NCBI GenBank assembly: GCA_043822065.1
Contig: JBDRCC010000007.1
Span: forward strand, 79,373 to 143,372
Length of the DNA stretch: 64,000 bases
Origin: an archaeon
Lineage (GTDB): Archaea > Undinarchaeota > CAZHTU01 > JBDRCC01
Reading direction: 5' to 3'
Part shown: positions 28,914 to 37,311 of the stretch, one piece after another
Position numbering within the stretch: the stretch's first letter is position 1
Layout of the letters: each line of letters begins with the position of its first letter
Notes under the pieces: generated by a model
The model's input: the letters and a program-made list of their open reading frames with translations, nothing else
Databases searched by the model: none
Told to the model about the DNA's origin: nothing
Made by a program: the position numbers and the translations under genes

Positions 28914-29840
28914 TTAGCAGGTGCAGACTACAGGCGGCTTGTTCTGGTAGGAGAAGTCAGTCAGCGTCTTTCCGACACAGTAGACTCCGGTCTTGCCAAT
29001 CAAGCTTTCCATCTCAGTGCCCTCAAATACGCACTGGACGCTCTCGCCCAAGTTGTTTTTGCCCTTGTCGCACCTTGCCGGGCAAGGCGTAGCACTGGGC
29101 TTTACTGGCTGGCATCCGCATCCTTGTTTGCTGTTTGGCCCGTAAAGCGTGAGCTCTCCAGGGCATGTTCCGCTGAGAGGCGCCTTGTTTGCGTATTCCG
29201 CCTTAACAAAGCACGCGCCAGGGGTCGTCTGCGGCCCGAAAAGCGTGTATGGCGGCTCGCAGGCAAACGGGCAGATTTCCGCCACTGCTGCGGCTGCCGG
29301 CTGGGCCGGAGCCGATGGCTTGAAGAATATGTTGTATACCTTCAGGGAAATCTTAAGGAAGCTGAGCTTTATCTTCCCCGTTATCGTCCGCGCCTTTATC
29401 TCTATCTTTTTCGTGTTCAGCGCAGTTATGAGCGCGTTCGCCGGGTCTGGGGAGTTCATTATCTGGCCAAGGGTGTCCTCCTTAATGGTCATGGAGTACG
29501 CCCACTGGTCGACGGCCCCCGGGCCGATGTCGGTCACCTTGCCATCAGAGCCGATTATCATGTACCCCGTTTCAACCGCACCTGTTGCGGACACAAAGTC
29601 GAGCTTTATCCTGCCCTTTGGCAGCGCCTTTGCCACCATCTGGTTCGACATAAGCCCGTTGTTGATTTTTGCAGTAACTGCGTTCTTCAGAGTGACGTCC
29701 GCCTCGATGTCGGCAAGCGCCGCAGCTATATCTGCAATATTCGAACTGAAAAGCTTGTCTAGCGTCTCATCAACAGTCGCAGCAAGGGCGATGTTGGATA
29801 CCAGGACCAAGCCCAATACAAAACCTAAAAACCTTTTCAT
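28914..29840 (-). CDS. Secreted protein with SCP2-like domain and two 6-Cys modules
   Basis: Signal peptide MKRFLGFVLGLVLVSNIALA; SMTIKEDTLGQIMNSPDP..ALNTKKIEIKA; 12 Cys in C-terminal third. Confidence 0.65.
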   Translation of the reverse strand: MKRFLGFVLGLVLVSNIALAATVDETLDKLFSSNIADIAAALADIEADVTLKNAVTAKINNGLMSNQMVAKALPKGRIKLDFVSATGAVETGYMIIGSDGKVTDIGPGAVDQWAYSMTIKEDTLGQIMNSPDPANALITALNTKKIEIKARTITGKIKLSFLKISLKVYNIFFKPSAPAQPAAAAVAEICPFACEPPYTLFGPQTTPGACFVKAEYANKAPLSGTCPGELTLYGPNSKQGCGCQPVKPSATPCPARCDKGKNNLGESVQCVFEGTEMESLIGKTGVYCVGKTLTDFSYQNKPPVVCTC

Positions 29841-29947
29841 AATACCACCATAGCCCATAATCGCGCCTTGGTATAAAAATGAAACGCTTTGGCAGGATAT
29901 TATAATTTTAAATACCAGTTAGCGTTTCCTGTGGTTAGGAGGTTCAA

Positions 29948-30657
29948 ATGAACTACGAGACAGCATTCAAGAAACCAGTTACTGACGTCAAGAAGCTGGT
30001 GATAGGCGTGATCCTTGGCATGATACCGGTAATCCACTGGATTGCCAAGGGGTTCTACCTGAACTGTTCAAATGTCGGGAAGGTGAAAACGGGCGATAAG
30101 ATGCCGGAGTGGACCGACTCCCAGCTCTTTTCATCACCGGTCTTCTGTCAAGCATAATAGCCTTCATCTACATGCTGCCTGCAACCGCAGTAATCGCAGT
30201 TGGTGCAGGCATGGGCCTCATGACCCTGATGAGCGGCCTCCTTGCAGCAGGCGTCCCGTCGCAGTTCATGGGCATTATCCACGGAGGCCAGGCGAACGCG
30301 CAGGCAATGTTGCCGTTCTTCCAAAGCAACCTGATGGCGCTTCTACCTGCGGCAGTGGGATTTGTGCCGTACATGGTAGTAGGCTTCCTGCTGATGATGG
30401 TCGCGCTTTACTTCACACCGATGGCCGTCCTGAGCTATGTTGCTAGCGGAAATTTCGGCGACGCGTTTGCGCTGAAAAAGGTCTATGCTCGCGCCATGAA
30501 CACAGAATACTTTGTTACTTGGCTTATAGTGCTGATTGGCGTTACTGCAGTGCTCGGCTCAATACTGCGTTTTGTCCCAGTCATAGGCTTTGGGCTTGCA
30601 ATGTTCGTGGGCGGAGTCATCAGCTACTCGCTGTTTGGCCAGATATACAAGAAATAA
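29948..30657 (+). pseudogene. DUF4013 family membrane protein split by a 1-nt frameshift
   Basis: AFKKP..KLVIG..IPVI..GF..MPEWTD in one frame continues as LPALFITGLLSSIIAFIYMLP in another at ~30118. Confidence 0.75.
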
Positions 30658-30666
30658 CCAGATGTT

Positions 30667-30698
30667 GGAGCAACTTTGGTTGCTCCCTCCTCTATTTT
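30667..30698 (+). terminator. Hairpin plus pyrimidine/U tract
   Basis: GGAGCAAC-TTTG-GTTGCTCC then CTCCTCTATTTT, 10 nt after a stop codon. Confidence 0.55.
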
Positions 30699-30738
30699 TA
30701 GACGAAAGGGATATTAATCCGTTTGAGATATTCTCATC

Positions 30739-30981
30739 ATGGTGAACGCTACCGCCTCCGGCCTCCTTGGGAGCCTGATGAGCCCGTCAGCGACTCCGTT
30801 TTCTATATTCCTGCTTGTCCTTGGGCTAATCCTCCTCGTCTGGGGCGTTGCCTGGAACCTAAAAAAGTTTCTCTATGGGGACAACATAAGCCTGTTAGAG
30901 CCGGACGACGTCCTTGTCTACGTTGGCATGATTCTCTGCTTCACAGCCTTCCTCATGATATTTGGCAAAGGCTGGTTCTAA
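30739..30981 (+). CDS. Small two-TM membrane protein
   Basis: 80-aa ORF with two hydrophobic helices. Confidence 0.65.
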   Translation: MVNATASGLLGSLMSPSATPFSIFLLVLGLILLVWGVAWNLKKFLYGDNISLLEPDDVLVYVGMILCFTAFLMIFGKGWF

Positions 30982-31089
30982 TCCGGCGCTCAGCAGTTTG
31001 CAGAATCTGAAATACTTAAAAATTTCCGGAAACCCTCGATAGCAAGGCTTATATACGCCGGTAGTTTTTGCCTTGGTAGGTGATGCAGG

Positions 31090-31761
31090 ATGGCAATCCC
31101 AATAGTTGAGCAAACTGTCTTCAGTCTACAGGCAGCACTGCTTAGTCTTTGGGCGTCCTTCCTCGAAGTGTTTCCGGGAATCATCGCGGCACTAGTTGTA
31201 TTAGTGATCGGTGGTCTTATCGGCCTGCTCTTCGGGAAGATACTTACGAAGGTCCTGCAAGAGGCCAAGATTGATGAATGGCTTAAGTCGCACGGCGTGG
31301 CAAAGGCGCTCGAGGGCATGTCGCTCTCTGGTGTCCTTGGCAGCGTGCTCAAGTGGTACATCATTGTTGTCTTCCTCGGCGAAGCCGCGGCGCTGGTTAA
31401 ACTGGCAGCCATACAGGTCTTCATGCTGAGGATGGTAAGCTATGTACCCTCCTTGATCGGGGCGTTCATCATACTTCTGCTTGGTCTCCTTATCGGCGAA
31501 TACGCAAAGAACAGCGTCATAAAGAAGATGGACTTCAAGTACGCAAAGGAGCTTGGCAAGTTTGCCAAATTCCTGATAGTGTATTTCTCCATCGTCATCG
31601 GTCTCCAGACCGCACAGTTTGACGCTGGTATTCTCGAGGATGCCTTTAGGATAGGCTTCACTGCCATAGTAATCATCGTGGCAGTGGTCTTCGGTGCGAC
31701 ATTCGCTTGGACCTTCAGAAAGGATGCCGAAAAGTTTTGGAATGAAGTCAAGAAGATGTAA
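31090..31761 (+). CDS. TM-helix repeat protein (CmpX / MscS N-terminal-like)
   Basis: Repeated FPGIIAALVVLVIGG / YVPSLIGAFIILLLG units; no MscS pore domain seen. Confidence 0.8.
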   Translation: MAIPIVEQTVFSLQAALLSLWASFLEVFPGIIAALVVLVIGGLIGLLFGKILTKVLQEAKIDEWLKSHGVAKALEGMSLSGVLGSVLKWYIIVVFLGEAAALVKLAAIQVFMLRMVSYVPSLIGAFIILLLGLLIGEYAKNSVIKKMDFKYAKELGKFAKFLIVYFSIVIGLQTAQFDAGILEDAFRIGFTAIVIIVAVVFGATFAWTFRKDAEKFWNEVKKM

Positions 31762-31776
31762 ATCTTCTGCTTAACT

Positions 31777-31806
31777 GGAGGGAGACATCCCTCCTCCTTA
31801 TTTTTT
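31777..31806 (+). terminator. Hairpin plus U tract
   Basis: GGAGGGA-GACA-TCCCTCC then TCCTTATTTTTT. Confidence 0.6.
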
Positions 31807-31842
31807 ATCTTGCCCCACGGGGCGGTATAATGCGCGTAAACG

Positions 31843-32352
31843 CTAAACCAGGCTTGAAACGATGCTCTCGCCCTTATTCTTCTTTCTCCGGTACATGGCG
31901 AATGCCTCCGAGTCCCACCGGTTCAGGTCGTAGCTCCCTGCCTGCCTAATCTCAGGGTATACGAAAAAATCCTTTAGGAGCGGGTATTTCCGGTACAGGC
32001 GCGCCCTCCTGTCCTCCATTCTCTTTGCGAGCCTTTGCACCTTTCCCTTGTTCTGGGAGTAGACGTTTGCGAATATGTAAAGCTCCGTCGGTGAAAACCT
32101 GTTGCCGTACTCGAACGGGCTCCTCTTCCTGAAGTGCACAATTTTCGTCCTCGTAAGCCCAAGGCCGCTGACCAGCCTTCCGTTTGACACGCCAGACGAT
32201 AGCTGGATGTTTTTGAACCCGAAGTCCTTCTCGAATATGCTCTTCAGCAGCCCAATCCTCCTGTTCCTGTGAAAGCTGCCCTTAAACGCCTGCGAGTCCT
32301 TGAAGCTGACCAGCCGCGTGACGTATGTTATATGCAGAACGTACCATACCAT
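31843..32352 (-). CDS. Hypothetical basic protein
   Basis: 169-aa R/K-rich ORF divergent from the radical SAM gene. Confidence 0.65.
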   Translation of the reverse strand: MVWYVLHITYVTRLVSFKDSQAFKGSFHRNRRIGLLKSIFEKDFGFKNIQLSSGVSNGRLVSGLGLTRTKIVHFRKRSPFEYGNRFSPTELYIFANVYSQNKGKVQRLAKRMEDRRARLYRKYPLLKDFFVYPEIRQAGSYDLNRWDSEAFAMYRRKKNKGESIVSSLV

Positions 32353-32448
32353 TTTGCTCTTTTAAAGATGTCCCTGTTTTTATACTTAATTATTATCGGC
32401 AAGCTCCTCTGACTCCGGGTTTATATCCCGTTAAAAAATTTATGAAGC

Positions 32449-33540
32449 ATGACCCACCTGGCGCTTCAGGAAAGGATAAAGATACTTGCTGAGGCAAGCA
32501 AGTACGACACCTGCTCAGTGTCGGGGATATGCCACACCTGGGGACCGGACGGGCGCTGCATCGACCTTTACAAGACGCTCTCAAGCAACTGCTGTTCCGG
32601 CGAATGCACATACTGCCCGAACCGCTGCGGCAGGGACACCACCCGCACAAGCCTGTCCAAGGACGAGATAAAAAAGATTACCTGGGCGCTCTATAGGGGC
32701 AACTCAATCGAGGGCCTCTTCCTCTCATCTGGCATAGTTGGGGACGCGCACCAGACGACAGATTTCCAGATAGATGTCGCCAGAGAGCTCCGCCAGGAGG
32801 GGTTTGCCGGCTACATCCACATAAGGCTGATGCCTGGCGTTGCAAAAAGCCAGATAGACGAGATATCCCACTATGCGGACAAGTTCGGGATAAATATCGA
32901 GACGACGTCCAGCTCCCATTACTCTGAAATTTGCCCGAATTTTGACTACGGAATAGACGCAATGCGGCGGATGCGGTACACCGAGGACATAATCAAAAGA
33001 CGCAGGCGCGAGGGGAGGATTGTCGGGGCGAACGACACCCAGTTTGTCGTGGGTGCGGCAGGCGAGTCCGACTGGGAGTACCTGAAAAAGACCGAGCGGC
33101 TAATCTCTGATTTCAGCCTCCGCAGGCCGTATTTCATGGCGTTCAATTCAGTGAAGCATACTCCCTTGGAAAAAGAGGCATCAGTCCCGCTTTGGAGGGA
33201 GCACAGGCTTTACCAGTCATTCTTCCTCCTTAAGGAATATGGGTTCAAGGCGTCAGAGTTCAGGCAAGTCCTTGCTGGAGGTAACCTCCAGAACACAGAC
33301 CCGAAAGTGCTTCTCGCAGGCGACCTGACCGTCGACATAAACTCTGCGGATGAGGCCGAGCTCCTCCGCGTCCCAGGAATCGGGCCGCGTTCAGCATACA
33401 GGATTATCAATTCAAGGCCAGTCCACAGCTTTCAGGAGCTAAAGAACCTCGGGGTCGTGCTTAAGCGCGTCGCACCGTACATCGAGCTGAACGGAAGCCG
33501 GCAGGAGAGGATTTCAAAATGGCTGCAGTCAGCGTGCTAA
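32449..33540 (+). CDS. Putative DNA modification/repair radical SAM protein with helix-hairpin-helix (TIGR03916-like)
   Basis: ILAEASKYD, GICHTWGPDGRCIDLYKTL, CSGECTYC, IEGLFLSSG, REHRLYQ, ELLRVPGIGPRSA. Confidence 0.9.
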   Translation: MTHLALQERIKILAEASKYDTCSVSGICHTWGPDGRCIDLYKTLSSNCCSGECTYCPNRCGRDTTRTSLSKDEIKKITWALYRGNSIEGLFLSSGIVGDAHQTTDFQIDVARELRQEGFAGYIHIRLMPGVAKSQIDEISHYADKFGINIETTSSSHYSEICPNFDYGIDAMRRMRYTEDIIKRRRREGRIVGANDTQFVVGAAGESDWEYLKKTERLISDFSLRRPYFMAFNSVKHTPLEKEASVPLWREHRLYQSFFLLKEYGFKASEFRQVLAGGNLQNTDPKVLLAGDLTVDINSADEAELLRVPGIGPRSAYRIINSRPVHSFQELKNLGVVLKRVAPYIELNGSRQERISKWLQSAC

Positions 33541-34295
33541 TGCTCAAGAGGGTGTCCGCGCTCGCGCAGGCGGTCGAGCTTGCGAGGGAATATCCAGTCC
33601 GGGTAACCGGGATAGACTTTCCCTGGGGGCGCGGGGATTTGCTTTCTGAATTCGACATCGAGCTCGGCTTCGAGCCCTCAGACGCCGAGCTTCCCGGGCA
33701 CTGGGTCGCGACAGTAAACCAGTGGTGCAAGATAAACACGCGGGGCTTTTTTGACATGTGCCTGCGGAACCGGGACCTTGATCCGAATCTCCTTGTGCGC
33801 GCGATTTTAAAAAATTACCAGGACACTAAGCAGCTCATGGTCAGTGGGGGGGACCTCGAGCTAAGGATACGCAAGGCGTTTCTTGAAGCCGGGCGGGAAA
33901 ACCACCGGCTGAAGCAGTTTGTCCGGCCGCAGCACGACAGGGTGAACATGATTGCAAACCTCAAGTGCAGGCACAGGTTGTTCGACCTGTTCGGCAACTG
34001 GCTGAAGGCGCGGAACCCATGCCTGCACGTCTACGTCCAGTGGGGCGGGCTTGTCTGGAAGGACGGAATAACTTACCCTGAATCAAAAATCGAGCTTCCC
34101 CTCATCGGCGAGAACCGGGAGATGAAGGCGATTTACCGCGCATTTTTTGAGGCGAACTACATACCTGAAAGGAGGAACAAGCGGGCTGCGATGCAGCACG
34201 TCCCCTTGAAGGCTGTGTCACTTTCGGATGAAACAAAATGGCAGAGGCACCTTGCCGAAGTTGGAATCGAGAACAAGCTTACAAACTACCTTTGA
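33519..34295 (+). CDS. DUF4130 / TIGR03915-like partner protein
   Basis: GRENHRLKQFVR, IYRAFFEANYIPERRNKRAAMQHVP; overlaps radical SAM stop. Confidence 0.75.
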   Translation: MAAVSVLMLKRVSALAQAVELAREYPVRVTGIDFPWGRGDLLSEFDIELGFEPSDAELPGHWVATVNQWCKINTRGFFDMCLRNRDLDPNLLVRAILKNYQDTKQLMVSGGDLELRIRKAFLEAGRENHRLKQFVRPQHDRVNMIANLKCRHRLFDLFGNWLKARNPCLHVYVQWGGLVWKDGITYPESKIELPLIGENREMKAIYRAFFEANYIPERRNKRAAMQHVPLKAVSLSDETKWQRHLAEVGIENKLTNYL

Positions 34296-34334
34296 CTAGT
34301 AAGCTTTAATAATAGCTCGCTATTTACCTAAAAC

Positions 34335-35585
34335 ATGTACGAAATAAGGGAAGTCAGGGCGCGCCAGATTCTTGATTCGCGCGGGAACCCGACGGTAGAG
34401 GTTGATGTCAGGACCAGCAAGGGGTTCGGGCGCGCTGCCGTCCCCTCCGGCGCATCAACCGGCTCGTACGAGGCAGTCGAGCTGAGGGACAAGGGAAAAT
34501 CATATGGCGGAAAATCTGTCCTGAACGCAGTCGAGAACGTCAACAAGGTCATCGCGCCCAAGCTTATGGGGCATGCCGCCACAGACCAGAAGGACATCGA
34601 CGCCCTGATGGCCGAGCTTGACGGGACGGACAACAAGGGCAAGCTTGGCGCGAATGCAATACTCGGGGTTTCCATGGCAGTCGCAAAAGCCGCGGCGGAC
34701 GCTGGCAAGGTTCCGCTGTACAAATACCTCTCCGAGACGATGCAGTTTTCCATGCCCGTGCCGTTCATGAACGTAATCAACGGCGGGAAGCACGCCGGCA
34801 ACAGCCTTGACATTCAGGAGTACATGATTGCGCCAATCGGGGCAAAATCCTTTTCGGAGGCGGTCATGATGTGCTCCGAGGTTTACCATTCCCTCAAACT
34901 GATGCTTAAGATGATGTACGGCCCGCCGGCGACCAACGTCGGCGACGAGGGCGGCTTCGCCCCGCCGATTTCTGACTATGCCGAGCCGCTAAACATAATG
35001 CTTAAGGCGGTTGAGCAGTGCGGCTACGGCGGGAAAGTGAAGCTCGCCTTGGACGCGGCATCCAGCGAATTCTTCTCCAAAGGCAAATACACCATAAGCG
35101 GCAAGCCGTATTCCGGGCCGGAGCTCGTTGACTTCTACACAAGCCTCTGCAAGGAATACCCAATAATATCCCTCGAGGACCCGTTCTCGGAGGATGACTG
35201 GGGCGGCTTTTCCAGCATCACTAAAAAGCTCGCCGGCAAGGTTGCAATAGTCGGGGACGACCTTTTTGTCACGAACCCATCGCGCCTGCAGAAGGGGATA
35301 GGCAAGGGCGCGGCAAACTCACTTCTCCTCAAGGTCAATCAGATTGGCACCGTTACGGAAGCCAAGGACGCGGCAAAGCTCGCGTTTGGCAGCAAATACT
35401 CAGTGATGGTCTCCCATCGCTCAGGCGAGACCGAGGACACGTTCATATCCGACCTGGCAGTTGGCATTGGCGCAGACCGGATAAAAAGCGGTGCGCCGGC
35501 AAGGGGGGAGCGGACTGCAAAATACAACCAGCTCCTGCGGATAGAGGAATCCTTAGGCAAATCGCAATACGGATTAAAGCTGTAG
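34335..35585 (+). CDS. eno: Enolase
   Basis: ILDSRGNPTVEV, VPSGASTG, VGDEGGFAP, VGDDLFVTN, VSHRSGETED, ERTAKYNQLLRIEE. Confidence 0.98.
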   Translation: MYEIREVRARQILDSRGNPTVEVDVRTSKGFGRAAVPSGASTGSYEAVELRDKGKSYGGKSVLNAVENVNKVIAPKLMGHAATDQKDIDALMAELDGTDNKGKLGANAILGVSMAVAKAAADAGKVPLYKYLSETMQFSMPVPFMNVINGGKHAGNSLDIQEYMIAPIGAKSFSEAVMMCSEVYHSLKLMLKMMYGPPATNVGDEGGFAPPISDYAEPLNIMLKAVEQCGYGGKVKLALDAASSEFFSKGKYTISGKPYSGPELVDFYTSLCKEYPIISLEDPFSEDDWGGFSSITKKLAGKVAIVGDDLFVTNPSRLQKGIGKGAANSLLLKVNQIGTVTEAKDAAKLAFGSKYSVMVSHRSGETEDTFISDLAVGIGADRIKSGAPARGERTAKYNQLLRIEESLGKSQYGLKL

Positions 35586-35598
35586 CATTGGTAGAACC

Positions 35599-36306
35599 AT
35601 GGCTTCAAAAAAGAAAAAAGCAAAAAAGGCAAAGCAAAAAATCAAAAAGCCGCTCCGGCGGAGAACGGCGAGGCAGCCTGTGCTGCGGACTGGGGACGCC
35701 ACGCTTCAGAGAAGCGTCCAGAAGCGCGTTGATTCCCTCCACAAGCTGACTTTAGGCTTTGCGCGGAAGCTCCGCGACATCGAGTTCTCTCTGGAAAACG
35801 ACATTTCCGTGCACAAAAAATCAACCGATGCCGGGCTGAAGTCCCTTGGCGCCGATTTTGACGATAAGCTCGCCCTCCAGGCCCGCGAGTTCCACAAGAG
35901 CATTTTTAAGCTAAATGATGACGTCCAGCGGCAGATTATCGACGTCGAGGCAAACCTGTCAAACCGGCTCCGGGAGTTTGAGCACCTGATAGAGGACGTT
36001 TCGATAAAGCTCCAGCGCGACATAGACGTCCGCCAGCGGCTTGAGGGGATATCGCCGAACATTCCGGGGCGGCTCTCCGACCTTGAGCGGCAGATAGAGA
36101 CCTCCCAGCACCTCATGACCGAGGTTGTCGAGCTTATCAACAAGTTCCGCTCCCAGTTCGACATGCGAAAGGTTGACAGCAGGATAAGCCAGATAGAGAA
36201 CCGGGTAAACGACCTTGACCTTAAGGAGATTAAGGCGCTTACGGCAAAGCTCGAGGAGATAAGGGGCGAGCTTAAGAAGGCGATTTCTTCACAAGGGAAG
36301 CTCTAA
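35599..36306 (+). CDS. Coiled-coil protein with highly basic N-terminus
   Basis: MASKKKKAKKAKQKIKKPLRRR then heptad-like helices. Confidence 0.75.
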   Translation: MASKKKKAKKAKQKIKKPLRRRTARQPVLRTGDATLQRSVQKRVDSLHKLTLGFARKLRDIEFSLENDISVHKKSTDAGLKSLGADFDDKLALQAREFHKSIFKLNDDVQRQIIDVEANLSNRLREFEHLIEDVSIKLQRDIDVRQRLEGISPNIPGRLSDLERQIETSQHLMTEVVELINKFRSQFDMRKVDSRISQIENRVNDLDLKEIKALTAKLEEIRGELKKAISSQGKL

Positions 36307-36641
36307 CTGAACCTTTTTTTCTCGTAAAAGACGTAGTTCAGGAGGCTCATTATCTCAAACCCGAGGACAAGGAAAACGAACAGTATAATTGTGAGCCTCC
36401 ACACCATTGGGTACATGTAAAGGAAGTTGCTGTATAGGAAGTACAGAAGTACGGCAGGGATATACAGGACTACGATGCCAATAAACAGGTATGCCATTTT
36501 CGTATGCTCAAGCATCAGCCTCTTTTCCCGCACGCTCAGCTTTCTGCTTTTGGCCCATTTGTCCCAGTAAAGGTAGTACATCAGCGCCGGAATGGCCACC
36601 GCGAACGTAACTACGAGCATTGTCAGTATCTTCATCGGCAT
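36303..36641 (-). CDS. Three-TM membrane protein
   Basis: 112-aa ORF with three hydrophobic segments. Confidence 0.7.
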   Translation of the reverse strand: MPMKILTMLVVTFAVAIPALMYYLYWDKWAKSRKLSVREKRLMLEHTKMAYLFIGIVVLYIPAVLLYFLYSNFLYMYPMVWRLTIILFVFLVLGFEIMSLLNYVFYEKKRFS

Positions 36642-36678
36642 AAATATCCTTAAATAGAACTTCTTTTTATATCTTTAT

Positions 36679-37272
36679 ATGGCAAGCAAGGACGACCTGT
36701 CAAGGCTGACGCAATCAATAATTCTCGCCAAAAACGAGCTGTCAACCGCCATCTCGCAGGAAACGAAATCCCTCGACGACAGGATGGATAAGCTCTCCAG
36801 GAAGATGGAGCAGCTCAAGGCACAGCAGGCAGAGCTTGACAAAAGGGTCAAGGCAGTGGACCGGGACTCAAAGAAGAACTCAAAGATAATCGAGTCCCAG
36901 GTCGAGGACTACCTCCCAACGCAGGTCACCCATCTTAACGCCCAGGTTGCAAGCTTGAATGAACGGGCAGGAGGCCTGCAGTCAAAGATGGAGACCGTAA
37001 AGACAATCCTTGACAAAGTGGTGGACATGCTAAAATCAGGCACCGGGCCGTCGTCTGACCTCATGGAGCGCGTGGATGCCCTGGAAGGCCGCTGGGCGGA
37101 ATTCGAGTCGCTTAACCTGCTGCCGCTTATAGACAAGCTGGAGTCCATACAGGAAGACATACGCAGCGCGCATTCCAGCCTTCCTGCGAGGGACATCAGC
37201 GAGCTTGACATCCGTATGAGCACGATGGAGTCCAAGATTGCGGGGAAAGCCCAAAACAGGGACAGCGAGTAG
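36679..37272 (+). CDS. Coiled-coil protein, probable paralogue of 35599..36306
   Basis: Heptad pattern throughout; C-terminal halves align by eye. Confidence 0.75.
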   Translation: MASKDDLSRLTQSIILAKNELSTAISQETKSLDDRMDKLSRKMEQLKAQQAELDKRVKAVDRDSKKNSKIIESQVEDYLPTQVTHLNAQVASLNERAGGLQSKMETVKTILDKVVDMLKSGTGPSSDLMERVDALEGRWAEFESLNLLPLIDKLESIQEDIRSAHSSLPARDISELDIRMSTMESKIAGKAQNRDSE

Positions 37273-37311
37273 GCAACTTATTTATATCCTGGTTCCAATA
37301 CCCAGTATTAA

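Noticed and set aside
29124-29853. Long plus-strand ORFs opposite the secreted Cys-rich gene, and similar antisense ORFs across the window
   Set aside because: Shadow frames of GC-rich coding sequence with no motifs; the opposite strand has the recognisable protein.
30100-30135. Programmed ribosomal frameshift in the DUF4013 gene
   Set aside because: No canonical slippery heptamer or clear stimulatory structure at the junction.
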